This document shows positions 1 through 8,345 of a stretch of DNA of 33,666 nucleotides, piece by piece. Source of the DNA: a virus; the IMG/VR virus record IMGVR_UViG_3300045107_000138; one strand, 5' to 3'. The number at the start of each line of letters is the position of its first letter. Position 1 is the stretch's first letter. The notes under the pieces are model-generated. The model was given only the letters and a program-made list of their open reading frames with translations. It did no database searches and was not told where the DNA came from. A program made the translations under genes and the position numbers.

Positions 1-1183
1 TCAGCACCAGCAGCTGGCGCACCGCGTTCAGGTGCTCGATCACGCTGGCATCGTCGGCGCCGATCTTGAAGACGAACGCATCGTCGTCGTTGCCGCCCTG
101 CGTGAAGTCGAAGAACGAATTGGTGCGCGAGCCCCAGACGGTCAGCGGGTAGGCGCTCGACCCGCCGAAGATCAGTCGCTGCTCGAACACGGTCACGGCG
201 CGCGGGTAGCCCTGCACGGCGTTCCACACCGGGAACTGCAGCGCCCAGCCCTCGGACGGCGCGGCGATCGTGTCCGCCAGCTTCACGAGAATGCGGCCCG
301 CAGCGATCGTCGCGCTGGTTATCGCCGTGATCTCGACGATGCCGGCGTTGATGAACACCTGCGCGCCAACGTGCTCGGGCTTCCATGCGCCAGCGGTTGC
401 GGTCAGGTCGCAGGCGCCGAACAGCGGCTCCTTGGCGCTCGGCGTCACCTGCACCTTGGGACTTTCGCCGATCCGCCAGGCGTTGGCGGCCAAGCTCGTG
501 CTGGCGAACGCCTGCGTGATGTTCACCGTGACCTGCGTAGCACTGGTGTAGGCGGTGATCACGCCCAGACCCTGCCCGCTGATGAGCGGGCGGCCGACAT
601 CCGACGGCTGGAACGCGGCTGCGCCGCTCGTCGCCGTGCGGCCCGCCCCCACGGTGGCAAGGCTCAGCGTCAGCGTGGTGTTGAACACGTCGCCGCTTTC
701 CTCGCTGGGCTGCGGGAAGAACTCGGCGACCGACAGCACCCACGACGTGTCGCCGTACCACGTCAGCACCCGCGGCGCGTAGTTCTGGTGCACGAGGATC
801 ATCTGGTCGCCGATCTGCGCATAGCGCACATCGAACAGGTCGGCCTCGCTGTACGGCGTGGCGATCTGGTAGGGCAGCCCCAGCTGCAGCACCCGGGCGC
901 CGTCCTTGAAGAAGCGCAGGAACTGGTGCCCGAACTCGATCGCATAGCTGCGCGCGCGGTCGATCACGAAGCCGATCAGCCGCGCCTTGCGCACGCCGCT
1001 GTCGCCGGTGGCGCCCACGTAGACCGTGCCCGGCCGCCGGGTCGCGCCGCCCTGCACCATGACCGTGGTGTTGCGCAGGCTCTTGGCGCTGTTCGGGTAG
1101 CTCTCGATGTCGACGCGGCCGTACAGCTTCGGCGTGATCTCGCCGGCCGTGAAGTTCGTCTGGATGTGCGACAGCTTCGGCAT
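1..1183 (-). CDS. Tail tubular protein B-like (T7 gp12-slot nozzle protein); N-terminal part of a 725-aa gene that crosses the contig junction
   Basis: ATG at 1183 overlaps the stop of the upstream ORF (ATGA). My translation begins MPKLSHIQTNFTAGEITPKLYGRVDIESYPNS. The frame runs off position 1 and is in phase with ORF 32545..33582 through the 127-nt end duplication (1183-43=1140=3x380). It lies directly after the gp11-like gene. Confidence 0.7.
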   Translation of the reverse strand, partial: MPKLSHIQTNFTAGEITPKLYGRVDIESYPNSAKSLRNTTVMVQGGATRRPGTVYVGATGDSGVRKARLIGFVIDRARSYAIEFGHQFLRFFKDGARVLQLGLPYQIATPYSEADLFDVRYAQIGDQMILVHQNYAPRVLTWYGDTSWVLSVAEFFPQPSEESGDVFNTTLTLSLATVGAGRTATSGAAAFQPSDVGRPLISGQGLGVITAYTSATQVTVNITQAFASTSLAANAWRIGESPKVQVTPSAKEPLFGACDLTATAGAWKPEHVGAQVFINAGIVEITAITSATIAAGRILVKLADTIAAPSEGWALQFPVWNAVQGYPRAVTVFEQRLIFGGSSAYPLTVWGSRTNSFFDFTQGGNDDDAFVFKIGADDASVIEHLNAVRQLLVL

Positions 1184-1767
1184 CAGCGCCAGGCGCCGGG
1201 CATCGCGCGCACGTTGACGAACGTCGACGACCCGACTTCGGGCATCGGCTGCTCTTGCCCGTCGATGCCGGTCGCGGTCTGCAGGATGCTGCTGAACGTC
1301 TGCAGCAGGTCGTTGGCGCGCTGCGCGCTGCCGGTCACGTGGTACGCGAACTTGTGCGCCATGTAGATCGTCATGGCCTCGACCAGGCCGGCATCCCACG
1401 CCGAAACGTCCTCGAGGTCCGTGATGTAGCGCACCGGGCAGGCGCTTTCGTCCATCAGGATGCGCCGGCCCTCGAGCTCGTAGTCGGGTTCCTCGCCGCG
1501 GCGGCCGACGTTCAGCAGGCGCAGGCAGTCGGCCGGCAGCAGGAACGAATAGGCCCAATCGAACGCCGGCGCGCTGGCCTCGGGCGCCAGCTGCACGCGT
1601 CGCGCCGCGCAGTTCCACGGGTGCGCGCGCAGCACGAACTGCCGCGCGTTGTCCCACAGATTGGCCGCCAGGCGCGCGCGGTCGCTGTCCTCGTTGAAGT
1701 CGCTGATGGTGCGATCGTTCAGCAGCAGCAGCGCGTTGCTGCAGATCTGCACCTTGCTGGTTGCCAC
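1183..1767 (-). CDS. Tail tubular protein A-like / head-tail adaptor (T7 gp11 slot), 194 aa
   Basis: ORF track. Size is close to T7 gp11. The N-terminal pattern ICSNALLLLNDRTISDF...ANLWDNARQFVLRAHPW resembles gp11-type adaptors. It sits between the capsid genes and the nozzle gene and is translationally coupled to the latter. Confidence 0.65.
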   Translation of the reverse strand: MATSKVQICSNALLLLNDRTISDFNEDSDRARLAANLWDNARQFVLRAHPWNCAARRVQLAPEASAPAFDWAYSFLLPADCLRLLNVGRRGEEPDYELEGRRILMDESACPVRYITDLEDVSAWDAGLVEAMTIYMAHKFAYHVTGSAQRANDLLQTFSSILQTATGIDGQEQPMPEVGSSTFVNVRAMPGAWR

Positions 1768-1850
1768 GCCGTCACCTCATCAGCAAAAAGGGCCGGGAGC
1801 GTCGCCACGCCCGGCCCAAGGCTTCGAAGAAAGCTCGAAGGCCGCGAAGG

Positions 1851-2315
1851 TCAGTCCATCGTGTAGGCGATGCGCAGGCAGAACTCCTGGCTCGCCTGCA
1901 GGTTGGCGCCCGCCACGCGGCCCCGGATCAGCGTGTCGTCCGACGCGCTGCCCTCGGTGTCGTTCGTGGTCTCGTAGGTCGCCGCGCCGTTGGCGGGGTT
2001 GGTCAGTGCCGCGCCGCCGGCCGCCGTCACCGACGTGGCCGCCAGGTAGCGCGACGTGTTGGCCGGGTCGCCGATCGCCACGGTGGACGACGCGGCGCCG
2101 GCCGACCAGTCGAGGCGCGACAGGTGCGGGATCACGCGGGCACCGCGCGGCAGGCGGCCGAACACGATGTCCTCGCCGATCGCCACGCCGCCCGCAGCGG
2201 CGTTGGTGGCACGGAACTCGGCGAACCGAATCCGGCCGTGGTAGCGGTTGACCTTGAGTTGGACGGGCGGGCTGGCGATCTGCGCCGCCCGCACGTCCCC
2301 GTTGACGTTTGCCAT
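1851..2315 (-). CDS. Small capsid-associated protein (possible decoration/cement protein), 154 aa
   Basis: ORF immediately downstream of the major capsid gene. High GC3 and Ala/Gly/Thr-rich composition. No specific motif recognised. Confidence 0.4.
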   Translation of the reverse strand: MANVNGDVRAAQIASPPVQLKVNRYHGRIRFAEFRATNAAAGGVAIGEDIVFGRLPRGARVIPHLSRLDWSAGAASSTVAIGDPANTSRYLAATSVTAAGGAALTNPANGAATYETTNDTEGSASDDTLIRGRVAGANLQASQEFCLRIAYTMD

Positions 2316-2349
2316 GGCTTTGTTTCCTTTCGCTCAGGCTGTCGGGGGG

Positions 2350-3228
2350 TTAGGTTTCCAGGCAGTCGACTTGCACGACCGCCTCGTCCTCGGCCCGCAC
2401 GGCGCCGATCAGCATCCGCGCGTAGGGCTGCAGCGCGCGGTTCTTGTCCGGCCGCACGTCGATGCTGGTCTCGATGTCGGCACCGATGCCCAGCACCACC
2501 GCATTGCGCGCGAACGCAAAGCAGGTGCGGGTCGTCGACACCCGGGTCAGGCGGCCGCTGCGGATGAACCGGAAGCCCAGGAAGTCGTTGATCTGGCCGT
2601 TGACCAGCGCGCGCACCGTGTTGAAGTCGGCGCTCGTGATCGTGGTGTCGCTCAGCAGGTTGGTGATCTGCTGGGCGCTCACGACCATGAAACGCTGCGG
2701 GGCGTCGGTCTGGCCGATCTCCTGATCGATCGCGACCTCGTTGGCGTCCAGAATCTCGCGCGCCTGGCGCAGCTTGGCGAGCGTGAGGCCGGTGCCACCG
2801 ACCGCGATCTGCTGGCCGGCGGGCAGCGACGCGGTGCCCGTGTTGGTACGGGCCGCCGCGTTCATCGCGGCGATGATGACGGAATCCTTGCGGCGGTTCA
2901 GTGCCGCGACGGCTTCCATCAGGTACGGGCTGGTCGGGTCGGCCAGCATCCGCTTCTTGTCGAGCTCGTCGACCAGTTCGGCCCACGCGAACGGGGCCAG
3001 GTCGACGAAGCGCCGCGAGTGCGGCATCTCGACCATCTGGGTGTCGGCGTGGCGGCTGGCGATCTGGTAGGACTCGGCCTGGCCCAGACGCTCGATGGCA
3101 TACGCGCTGCCGACGATGCCGGGCTGCACGCGCACGAAAGGCTGCAGCCGCGACACCATCTGGCGGCTGAGCATCATGAAGTTCGTCGCAAACTGCGTGA
3201 CGAAGGCTTCGGTTACTTGGAAAGACAT
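2350..3228 (-). CDS. Major capsid protein, 292 aa
   Basis: Position after the scaffold gene, suitable size, strong coding bias. The MSFQVTEAFVTQFATNFMMLSRQ...DPTSPYLMEAVAALNRRKDSVIIAAM pattern is typical of HK97-fold capsid proteins. Confidence 0.75.
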   Translation of the reverse strand: MSFQVTEAFVTQFATNFMMLSRQMVSRLQPFVRVQPGIVGSAYAIERLGQAESYQIASRHADTQMVEMPHSRRFVDLAPFAWAELVDELDKKRMLADPTSPYLMEAVAALNRRKDSVIIAAMNAAARTNTGTASLPAGQQIAVGGTGLTLAKLRQAREILDANEVAIDQEIGQTDAPQRFMVVSAQQITNLLSDTTITSADFNTVRALVNGQINDFLGFRFIRSGRLTRVSTTRTCFAFARNAVVLGIGADIETSIDVRPDKNRALQPYARMLIGAVRAEDEAVVQVDCLET

Positions 3229-3397
3229 GATGAACTCCGAAAGGTTGTCGATCTCTCGACGCGCTTCCGGTTGTTCCGCAACGCGGGCCGGTGGCGGTCA
3301 GGCTCTGCGTGCAGCAGAGCGGCCCGGCAGGGTTGTTCGCTCAGCACGCAACGGGGCGAATTGAATCGCCGCCGTCACGTACCGTGTGCGATTGCGT

Positions 3398-4327
3398 TCA
3401 CACGCTGCGCTTGCTCGCGTTGATCGCTTCCTGCGCCTTGAAGTGCGCGGCGACCTTGGCCTTGACCCGCTCGTGGTCGGGGTGCGCGGCATCCCAGTAC
3501 GGGCCGCCGACCTTCATCAGGTCGTTCAGGGTCTCGGGCGCCACCACGTCGCCGGCGATGCGCGTCTTGTCCTCGCCAACCTCGCGGCCGACCTTTGCCA
3601 GGATGTCGGTCACGGTCGCCAGCGAGACCACGCCCGACATGAACTCGGCGCGCTGCTTCTCGTCGCCGTAGCTGTTCAGCGCCTTCATGGCCGCGGTCAT
3701 GTTCGGATGGCTCACGACCTCGCCGGGCGCCACCTTCCACATCTGCGCCAGTGCGGCGCTGGTCTGCGCGCTCGCCAGCTGGGCGCCGTAGGTCGCCACG
3801 CTGTCGACGTTGGCGAAGAACGCCGACATCACGCCCTCGAACTGCTTTTGCGTCAGGCCCAGCCCGTGGAACGCCTTGCGCGCCTCGATCATCTTGGCGT
3901 CGTCGAGCTCGAGCCCTTTCAGGTTCTCGGGCAGATCGAACTTGTATTCGCCGGCGTCCTTCGGCGGCAGCCCGACTTCCTTCATCCGCTGCTCGAGCTC
4001 GGTGTAGGACTTCGCCAGGTCTTCGGGCTTCTGGAACCGCTCGGGCAGCCAGGCGGGCCGGTTCGGATCGGCGGGCGGCGGCGGCGTGGCACCGGCAGGC
4101 GCGGGACCAGCGGCCGGCGGCGCACCGCCAGGCGCAGGCGCGGGCGCACCGCCACCGGCAGCAGCTGCCGCGGCGGCCGCGAACAGGTTGCCATCACCAC
4201 CGGCGGCAGGCGCCGGCGCGGCTGCCGGTGCACCAGCAGGCGCAGGCGCCGCAGCGCCGCCACCACCACCCGCGGCGCCATCGGCGCCGGCTTTATCCAT
4301 CAGACGAAACATCAACCTCTGCAGCAT
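3398..4327 (-). CDS. Scaffolding protein (T7 gp9 slot), 309 aa
   Basis: Lies between portal and capsid. About 90 aa of N-terminal Ala/Gly/Pro low complexity is followed by a charged helical region. GGAGG sits 5 nt upstream of ATG 4327. Confidence 0.55.
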   Translation of the reverse strand: MLQRLMFRLMDKAGADGAAGGGGGAAAPAPAGAPAAAPAPAAGGDGNLFAAAAAAAAGGGAPAPAPGGAPPAAGPAPAGATPPPPADPNRPAWLPERFQKPEDLAKSYTELEQRMKEVGLPPKDAGEYKFDLPENLKGLELDDAKMIEARKAFHGLGLTQKQFEGVMSAFFANVDSVATYGAQLASAQTSAALAQMWKVAPGEVVSHPNMTAAMKALNSYGDEKQRAEFMSGVVSLATVTDILAKVGREVGEDKTRIAGDVVAPETLNDLMKVGGPYWDAAHPDHERVKAKVAAHFKAQEAINASKRSV

Positions 4328-4559
4328 CGCGGCCTCCGTTCTGGGCTATGTCGATCATTGACAGGATGTAGTCGACGACATCCTTCTGCGCGGCGCGGCG
4401 CTCGGTCTCGCGCTGCGCTTCGATTCCGCCGGCCACGTAGGTGGCGCGAGCTCGGAACAGGGCGTCGAGGTGATTCAGCACGTGCGGGCCATTGCCCACC
4501 GTGAAGACCTCGGCATACATGCGCGCCAGGTCGGCGCGCGTCATCTGGTTGACCGCCAC
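4293..4559 (-). CDS. Hypothetical protein, 88 aa (head module)
   Basis: ORF track, GTG start 4 nt after the upstream stop, good GC3, no motif recognised. Confidence 0.5.
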   Translation of the reverse strand: MAVNQMTRADLARMYAEVFTVGNGPHVLNHLDALFRARATYVAGGIEAQRETERRAAQKDVVDYILSMIDIAQNGGRDAAEVDVSSDG

Positions 4560-4563
4560 GCGG

Positions 4564-4809
4564 CTACTGGTCGGCGCGCACCGTCGGCGTGCCGCGCACG
4601 GGCACGAACTGGTACTCCGCGCCGGCGACCGGGTTCACCACGACGATGGCGCCCTTGATCGTGTTGAGCGTGTCGTAGATCACCCACGGGTCGGCGTTCG
4701 TGTTGCGCCGCTGCAGCGTGACCTCGCCGCCAGTGGCCTGCGCGATGAAGTTGCCGGCGGCCGGCGCAAAGGCGGTGTTCAGGGTGTTGCTGTTGGCAAT
4801 CAGGGGCAT
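4564..4809 (-). CDS. Hypothetical small structural-module protein, 81 aa
   Basis: ORF track, GGAGG upstream of ATG 4809, directly follows the portal stop. Confidence 0.5.
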   Translation of the reverse strand: MPLIANSNTLNTAFAPAAGNFIAQATGGEVTLQRRNTNADPWVIYDTLNTIKGAIVVVNPVAGAEYQFVPVRGTPTVRADQ

Positions 4810-4821
4810 GGAGTCCTCCGG

Positions 4822-6471
4822 TTACTGGGCGACCATCTGGGCAGCGGCAGCCAGCTGCGCGTTCTCGGGGCTGGACTGCGCCAGGGTGGCGGTCGCCTGC
4901 TGGCGCTGCTGGGCGGCCTGGCGTTCCTTCTGCATGTCGACAACGGCGCGCTCGTCGCGCACGGTGTCGAGCGGCGCGCTCAGCAGTTCGGCCGCCTTGC
5001 GGTTCGCCTTCTCGAAGTCGTACATATCCAGCACGTCGGTGCGGCCGGTCATCTTCACCTGATTGAACAGGCGCAGTTCCAGCCGTTCCATCGCCTGCAG
5101 GTCGGCCATCTTCTGGCTGCGCGCGATCGGCGAGGCAAACCGCACGTTGACGATCGACTGCAGCAGCGAGCGCGGCGGATCGGGCAGGTAGACCGGGCCG
5201 GGTTCCTCGCGCCCGCTGCGGAACACCAGCGAGAACGCGCGCAGCACCAGCGGCGACAGGAACTCGGACTGCAGGCGGCCGTAGACCGGCCCCAGCTGCT
5301 GGCGGATGAGCTCGACCCGCACCATGATCTCGGTCGCGGTCATCGCCGGGCCTTCCTGCGGCGTCAGCTGGTCGGCCATCAGCACCTTGCGGATCGACCG
5401 CTGCAGCCGGTCGATCTCGATGGCCGCCACGTCGAACTTTGTCGCGGGCGACAGCGGCCACATGCTGTCTTTGTCGCGCATCACGACGATCTTGCGCGGG
5501 CCGATCTTGACCTGGCGGGGCTGCATCACCCCGTCGTCCTTGGCGCCCCACATGCCGGCGATCGCGAGCTCGGCGTTCTGCATTACGTAGCGCACGACCT
5601 CGTTCAGCGTCTTCACGTCGGGCATCGCCTCGAACATGGGGCCGAACGCGTAGGGCGAGCCGGGCAGCTTCATCCAGCGAGGGACCAGCACCGGGAACTC
5701 GCGATAGCCGGACTCGCGCAGCAGCTTCTTGGCCTCGATCTCGTAGTGGCACGAGGCGAACGGCAGGTTGCGCGCCATCCGCCCGCCGGGCACGTAGTCG
5801 GTGCGCGGGTAGATCGCCAGCGCCACCCGCAGCTTGTCGTCGGCCTTGCCGTCGCGCAGCTTCTTGCGGCTGGCCTCGCTCAGCATTTCCTCGCCGTAGG
5901 TGGCGGCGGCCTGGCCGAGCGTGATCTCGAACTCGCGGAACACCGTGTCGACGATGCCTTCCGGGCGCGAGCTTGAGAAGAAGCAGCCGGCCAGCGGCCA
6001 CTGCTCGAAGTTCAGCGGCTGCCCGTTCTGCCCGCTGTCGACGAACATCACGAACTGGCCCGACACGCTCATATCGAGCGCCGACTCGAACGCCACGGCG
6101 TCGAAGTTGCTGGCGTGGATCAGGCGCCACACCACGTCGGCCGCCTCGTCGAGCCACTGCTTGGCAGCGAAGTCGCCGTCCTCGACTTCCATGCCGAACC
6201 AGCGGGAGTTGGCCGGCGTGGTGCCGCTGACCAGCGCGGCCGCCAGCACGCGCACGGCGTCGGTCGCCGTGCTGTCGAACAGGTTGGACTTCCAGTAGCC
6301 GGCCGACGACGTGGTGGTGCTCTCGGTCGTCGACAGATTGCCCGACTCGAACAGCGCGCCGCGCAGCGGGTAGCTGTAGCGGTAGCACTCCCGCCAGACA
6401 TCCTGCACGGTGCTGCGCGCAGTTTTCAGCTGGTCGAGGCGCTTCTGCAGCGCGGCGATCTTGTCGTTCAT
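4822..6471 (-). CDS. Portal (head-to-tail connector) protein, T7 gp8-like, 549 aa
   Basis: Within ORF 4822..6864 the credible start is ATG 6471 (MNDKIAALQKRLDQL), which overlaps the upstream stop (ATGA). The upstream part of the ORF is Arg/Pro junk. The segment TATEIMVRVELIRQQLGPVYGRLQSEFLSPLV parallels T7 gp8 TAEEIRYVASELEDTLGGVYSILSQELQLPLV. Confidence 0.85.
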   Translation of the reverse strand: MNDKIAALQKRLDQLKTARSTVQDVWRECYRYSYPLRGALFESGNLSTTESTTTSSAGYWKSNLFDSTATDAVRVLAAALVSGTTPANSRWFGMEVEDGDFAAKQWLDEAADVVWRLIHASNFDAVAFESALDMSVSGQFVMFVDSGQNGQPLNFEQWPLAGCFFSSSRPEGIVDTVFREFEITLGQAAATYGEEMLSEASRKKLRDGKADDKLRVALAIYPRTDYVPGGRMARNLPFASCHYEIEAKKLLRESGYREFPVLVPRWMKLPGSPYAFGPMFEAMPDVKTLNEVVRYVMQNAELAIAGMWGAKDDGVMQPRQVKIGPRKIVVMRDKDSMWPLSPATKFDVAAIEIDRLQRSIRKVLMADQLTPQEGPAMTATEIMVRVELIRQQLGPVYGRLQSEFLSPLVLRAFSLVFRSGREEPGPVYLPDPPRSLLQSIVNVRFASPIARSQKMADLQAMERLELRLFNQVKMTGRTDVLDMYDFEKANRKAAELLSAPLDTVRDERAVVDMQKERQAAQQRQQATATLAQSSPENAQLAAAAQMVAQ

Positions 6472-6746
6472 TGCATCGTGCTTGCGGAGTCGTAGCCACC
6501 ACCACCGGATCCGCCGCCGCCACCACCACCACCACCGCCAGAAGCTGGCGGCGGGGGCGCGGGCGGCCGGCTGATCAGCGACTGGCTTTGCCGCATCGCC
6601 GCCATCAGCAGCGGGTTGCGGGTGCGCCGGCGCATCAGCGAGTCCTGCGCGGCAGTCGCCGCGGCGACCGCCTCGTTCTTGCGCCGCTCGGCCTCGTAGT
6701 CGATCGGGGCCGGTGGGGGTGGAGGGCTGCCGCCGCCGCCGCACAT
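6468..6746 (-). CDS. Pro/Gly-rich small protein, 92 aa (MCGGGGSPPPPP...GGGGGGGGGGSGGGG tail)
   Basis: ORF track, good GC3 in the central helical part, translationally coupled to the portal gene. Confidence 0.45.
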   Translation of the reverse strand: MCGGGGSPPPPPAPIDYEAERRKNEAVAAATAAQDSLMRRRTRNPLLMAAMRQSQSLISRPPAPPPPASGGGGGGGGGGSGGGGYDSASTMQ

Positions 6747-6752
6747 GGCCGC

Positions 6753-7070
6753 TTAGCCCTCGATGACCCGGCCGTCGGCCAGGCGGGTCACGCTGGTGCC
6801 GTCGGGGCGCGTGAAGGTGCCGTACTCCGGCGGCACGATCCAGCGGCCCTTGTCGTCGCGGCACGGCGGGTCGCCGTGCTTCATCGTCGCCAGGATCTCG
6901 GCCTCGGTGCGCGGGCCGCCGGTCTGCTCGGCCTGCGCGGCTTTCTTCGCCTTCGGTGCGGGCGCCGGCTGCTCGGCCTGCGCGGCTTCGGCTGCCGCCT
7001 GCTGCTCGGGTTCGTTCGCCGGGGCTTGGTTCTCGCCCGGCGTCTGCACGGGCGGCGGGTTCTTCGCCAT
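6753..7070 (-). CDS. Hypothetical protein, 105 aa (low-complexity Ala/Gln/Pro N-terminus, globular C-terminus)
   Basis: ORF track, AAGAGG upstream of ATG 7070. Confidence 0.45.
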   Translation of the reverse strand: MAKNPPPVQTPGENQAPANEPEQQAAAEAAQAEQPAPAPKAKKAAQAEQTGGPRTEAEILATMKHGDPPCRDDKGRWIVPPEYGTFTRPDGTSVTRLADGRVIEG

Positions 7071-7128
7071 GGATGGGCCTCTTGGGGTAGTTGCCCGGCG
7101 ACTGCTCGGGCTGGGTAGCCGCGCGGTT

Positions 7129-7392
7129 CTAACGCACAGGCGCGGCAGGCTGTGCGATTGAATTCACGCCACGCCGCAGCACGCTGTCGACGGGGCGCTT
7201 TGTGGTCTCGGCCCACAGCACCAAAAGCGCGCGGCCGTTCTCAAACTTGGGTTGCGCACCGCGCAGCCAGGCATCGGCGCTGCCGTGGGCGGCGCGGCAC
7301 CAGACGTTGATCTGCGATTTGCTAACGCCGTGGTTCAGCAGCTGGCGAACCACGGCAGCGAAGTCGATCGGCGGCGCGTCGTAGAACTTCAT
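7129..7392 (-). CDS. Hypothetical protein, 87 aa; first gene after the 150-bp gap that separates early from virion genes (possible late regulator)
   Basis: Internal ATG at 7392 (MKFYDAPPIDFAAVVRQLLNHGVSKSQ) in ORF 7129..7500. The upstream ORF part is junk-like. Confidence 0.4.
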   Translation of the reverse strand: MKFYDAPPIDFAAVVRQLLNHGVSKSQINVWCRAAHGSADAWLRGAQPKFENGRALLVLWAETTKRPVDSVLRRGVNSIAQPAAPVR

Positions 7393-7543
7393 CGGGCCTC
7401 GCAGTTGGTGAAGGGTGCCGGCGCGTGCAGATACCTGGCCGGCGCAGGTGCGACCGTGCATGACCGACACGGTTGGAGAAGCCCGCGGGCTAGGCGGCAC
7501 GTCTGCACGCGCGATGCTGGGCTCGCCGGTAGCGCCCTCGCTC

Positions 7544-7891
7544 TCACGCCGTTACCTCGATCTCGACGCCCCACGCCTCGGCCTTGCGCTGGTCATAGCG
7601 CCAGGTGATGCGCGGGTCGTTGTCTTGCACGCCCAGCCAGTCGGCCACGCCGTCGCGGATCGCCTTGAGGCAGCCGCGCAGGTTGTCGTCGTCGAGCGTC
7701 TTGCCGCGCGGGCCGGTGATCCGGGTCAGCCGCACGACCGTGCCGGGCGCCGGTTCCATGGCCGCGCTGCCGCCGCCGGCCACGAACACGGCCGCGAACG
7801 CCGCGCCGCGCTCTGCCTTCACACGTCGAGCACGCACTGCCCAGTGCTCGCGGGCGTTGCTGCTGCTGATGGTTCGGACCGGGACGACCAC
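7544..7891 (-). CDS. RusA-like Holliday-junction resolvase, about 115 aa (start uncertain: GTG 7891 or 7912)
   Basis: VVVPVRTISSSNAREHWAVRARRVKAERG...LDDDNLRGCLKAIRDGVADWLGVQDND matches the RusA-type pattern. GC3 supports this frame only downstream of about 7890. Confidence 0.55.
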   Translation of the reverse strand: MVVPVRTISSSNAREHWAVRARRVKAERGAAFAAVFVAGGGSAAMEPAPGTVVRLTRITGPRGKTLDDDNLRGCLKAIRDGVADWLGVQDNDPRITWRYDQRKAEAWGVEIEVTA

Positions 7892-8064
7892 GCGGAGCGC
7901 AGGGCTTCCCACTGCGCCGCCGTCAGCGATCGCTGCAGGTGCGACCACATGGCCGCCCTGGCGCCGTGCTTGGGCGTCGACTCGATCAGCCGCAGGCAGC
8001 ACGCCGTGCACGTCAGCAGGTACAGGCCGCCGGGCTGCGCGCAGGCTGGGCACGTCACTGCCAC
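7819..8064 (-). CDS. Cys-rich small protein (CPAC...CTACC, zinc-ribbon-like), 81 aa
   Basis: GTG start. High GC3 from 8064 to about 7890. The 3' end overlaps the RusA-like gene. Confidence 0.45.
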   Translation of the reverse strand: MAVTCPACAQPGGLYLLTCTACCLRLIESTPKHGARAAMWSHLQRSLTAAQWEALRSAWSSRSEPSAAATPASTGQCVLDV

Positions 8065-8342
8065 CCTTGCGCTTCACGCAGCGCGGTCTCGATCGGGGTC
8101 AGCCCGGTCACGTGGAACGTGGTGCCCTTGGTCTTGAGATCGGCCACGTACCGCAGCGCGCGCTCGATGCCCTTGCCTTGCACGCCGGCGGAAAGCGCGG
8201 CGACCACGCTCTCGGCCTTGGCCACCCGCACCGCCAGCGCCTCGGCCAGTGCTTGGGTCGCTTTCAGTTCGGCCTGCAGGCGCTGCGCGACCTCGAGGTT
8301 GTGGTCGGCGCGCCGTGCTGCCTGCTCCAAGGTCTCGGCCAT
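8055..8342 (-). CDS. Hypothetical coiled-coil protein, 95 aa
   Basis: ORF track, good coding bias. Confidence 0.5.
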   Translation of the reverse strand: MAETLEQAARRADHNLEVAQRLQAELKATQALAEALAVRVAKAESVVAALSAGVQGKGIERALRYVADLKTKGTTFHVTGLTPIETALREAQGWQ

Positions 8343-8345
8343 GGC

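Noticed and set aside
1-127. The end duplication as a biological direct terminal repeat or as mobile-element LTRs
   Set aside because: The repeat lies inside a structural gene, and joining the ends restores the reading frame exactly. This is consistent with an assembly overlap of a circular or concatemeric template.
4541-6535. 664-aa minus-strand ORF overlapping the portal gene in another frame
   Set aside because: The portal frame shows T7 gp8-like sequence. This frame is an Arg/Ala/Gly/Pro-rich alternative frame without motifs.
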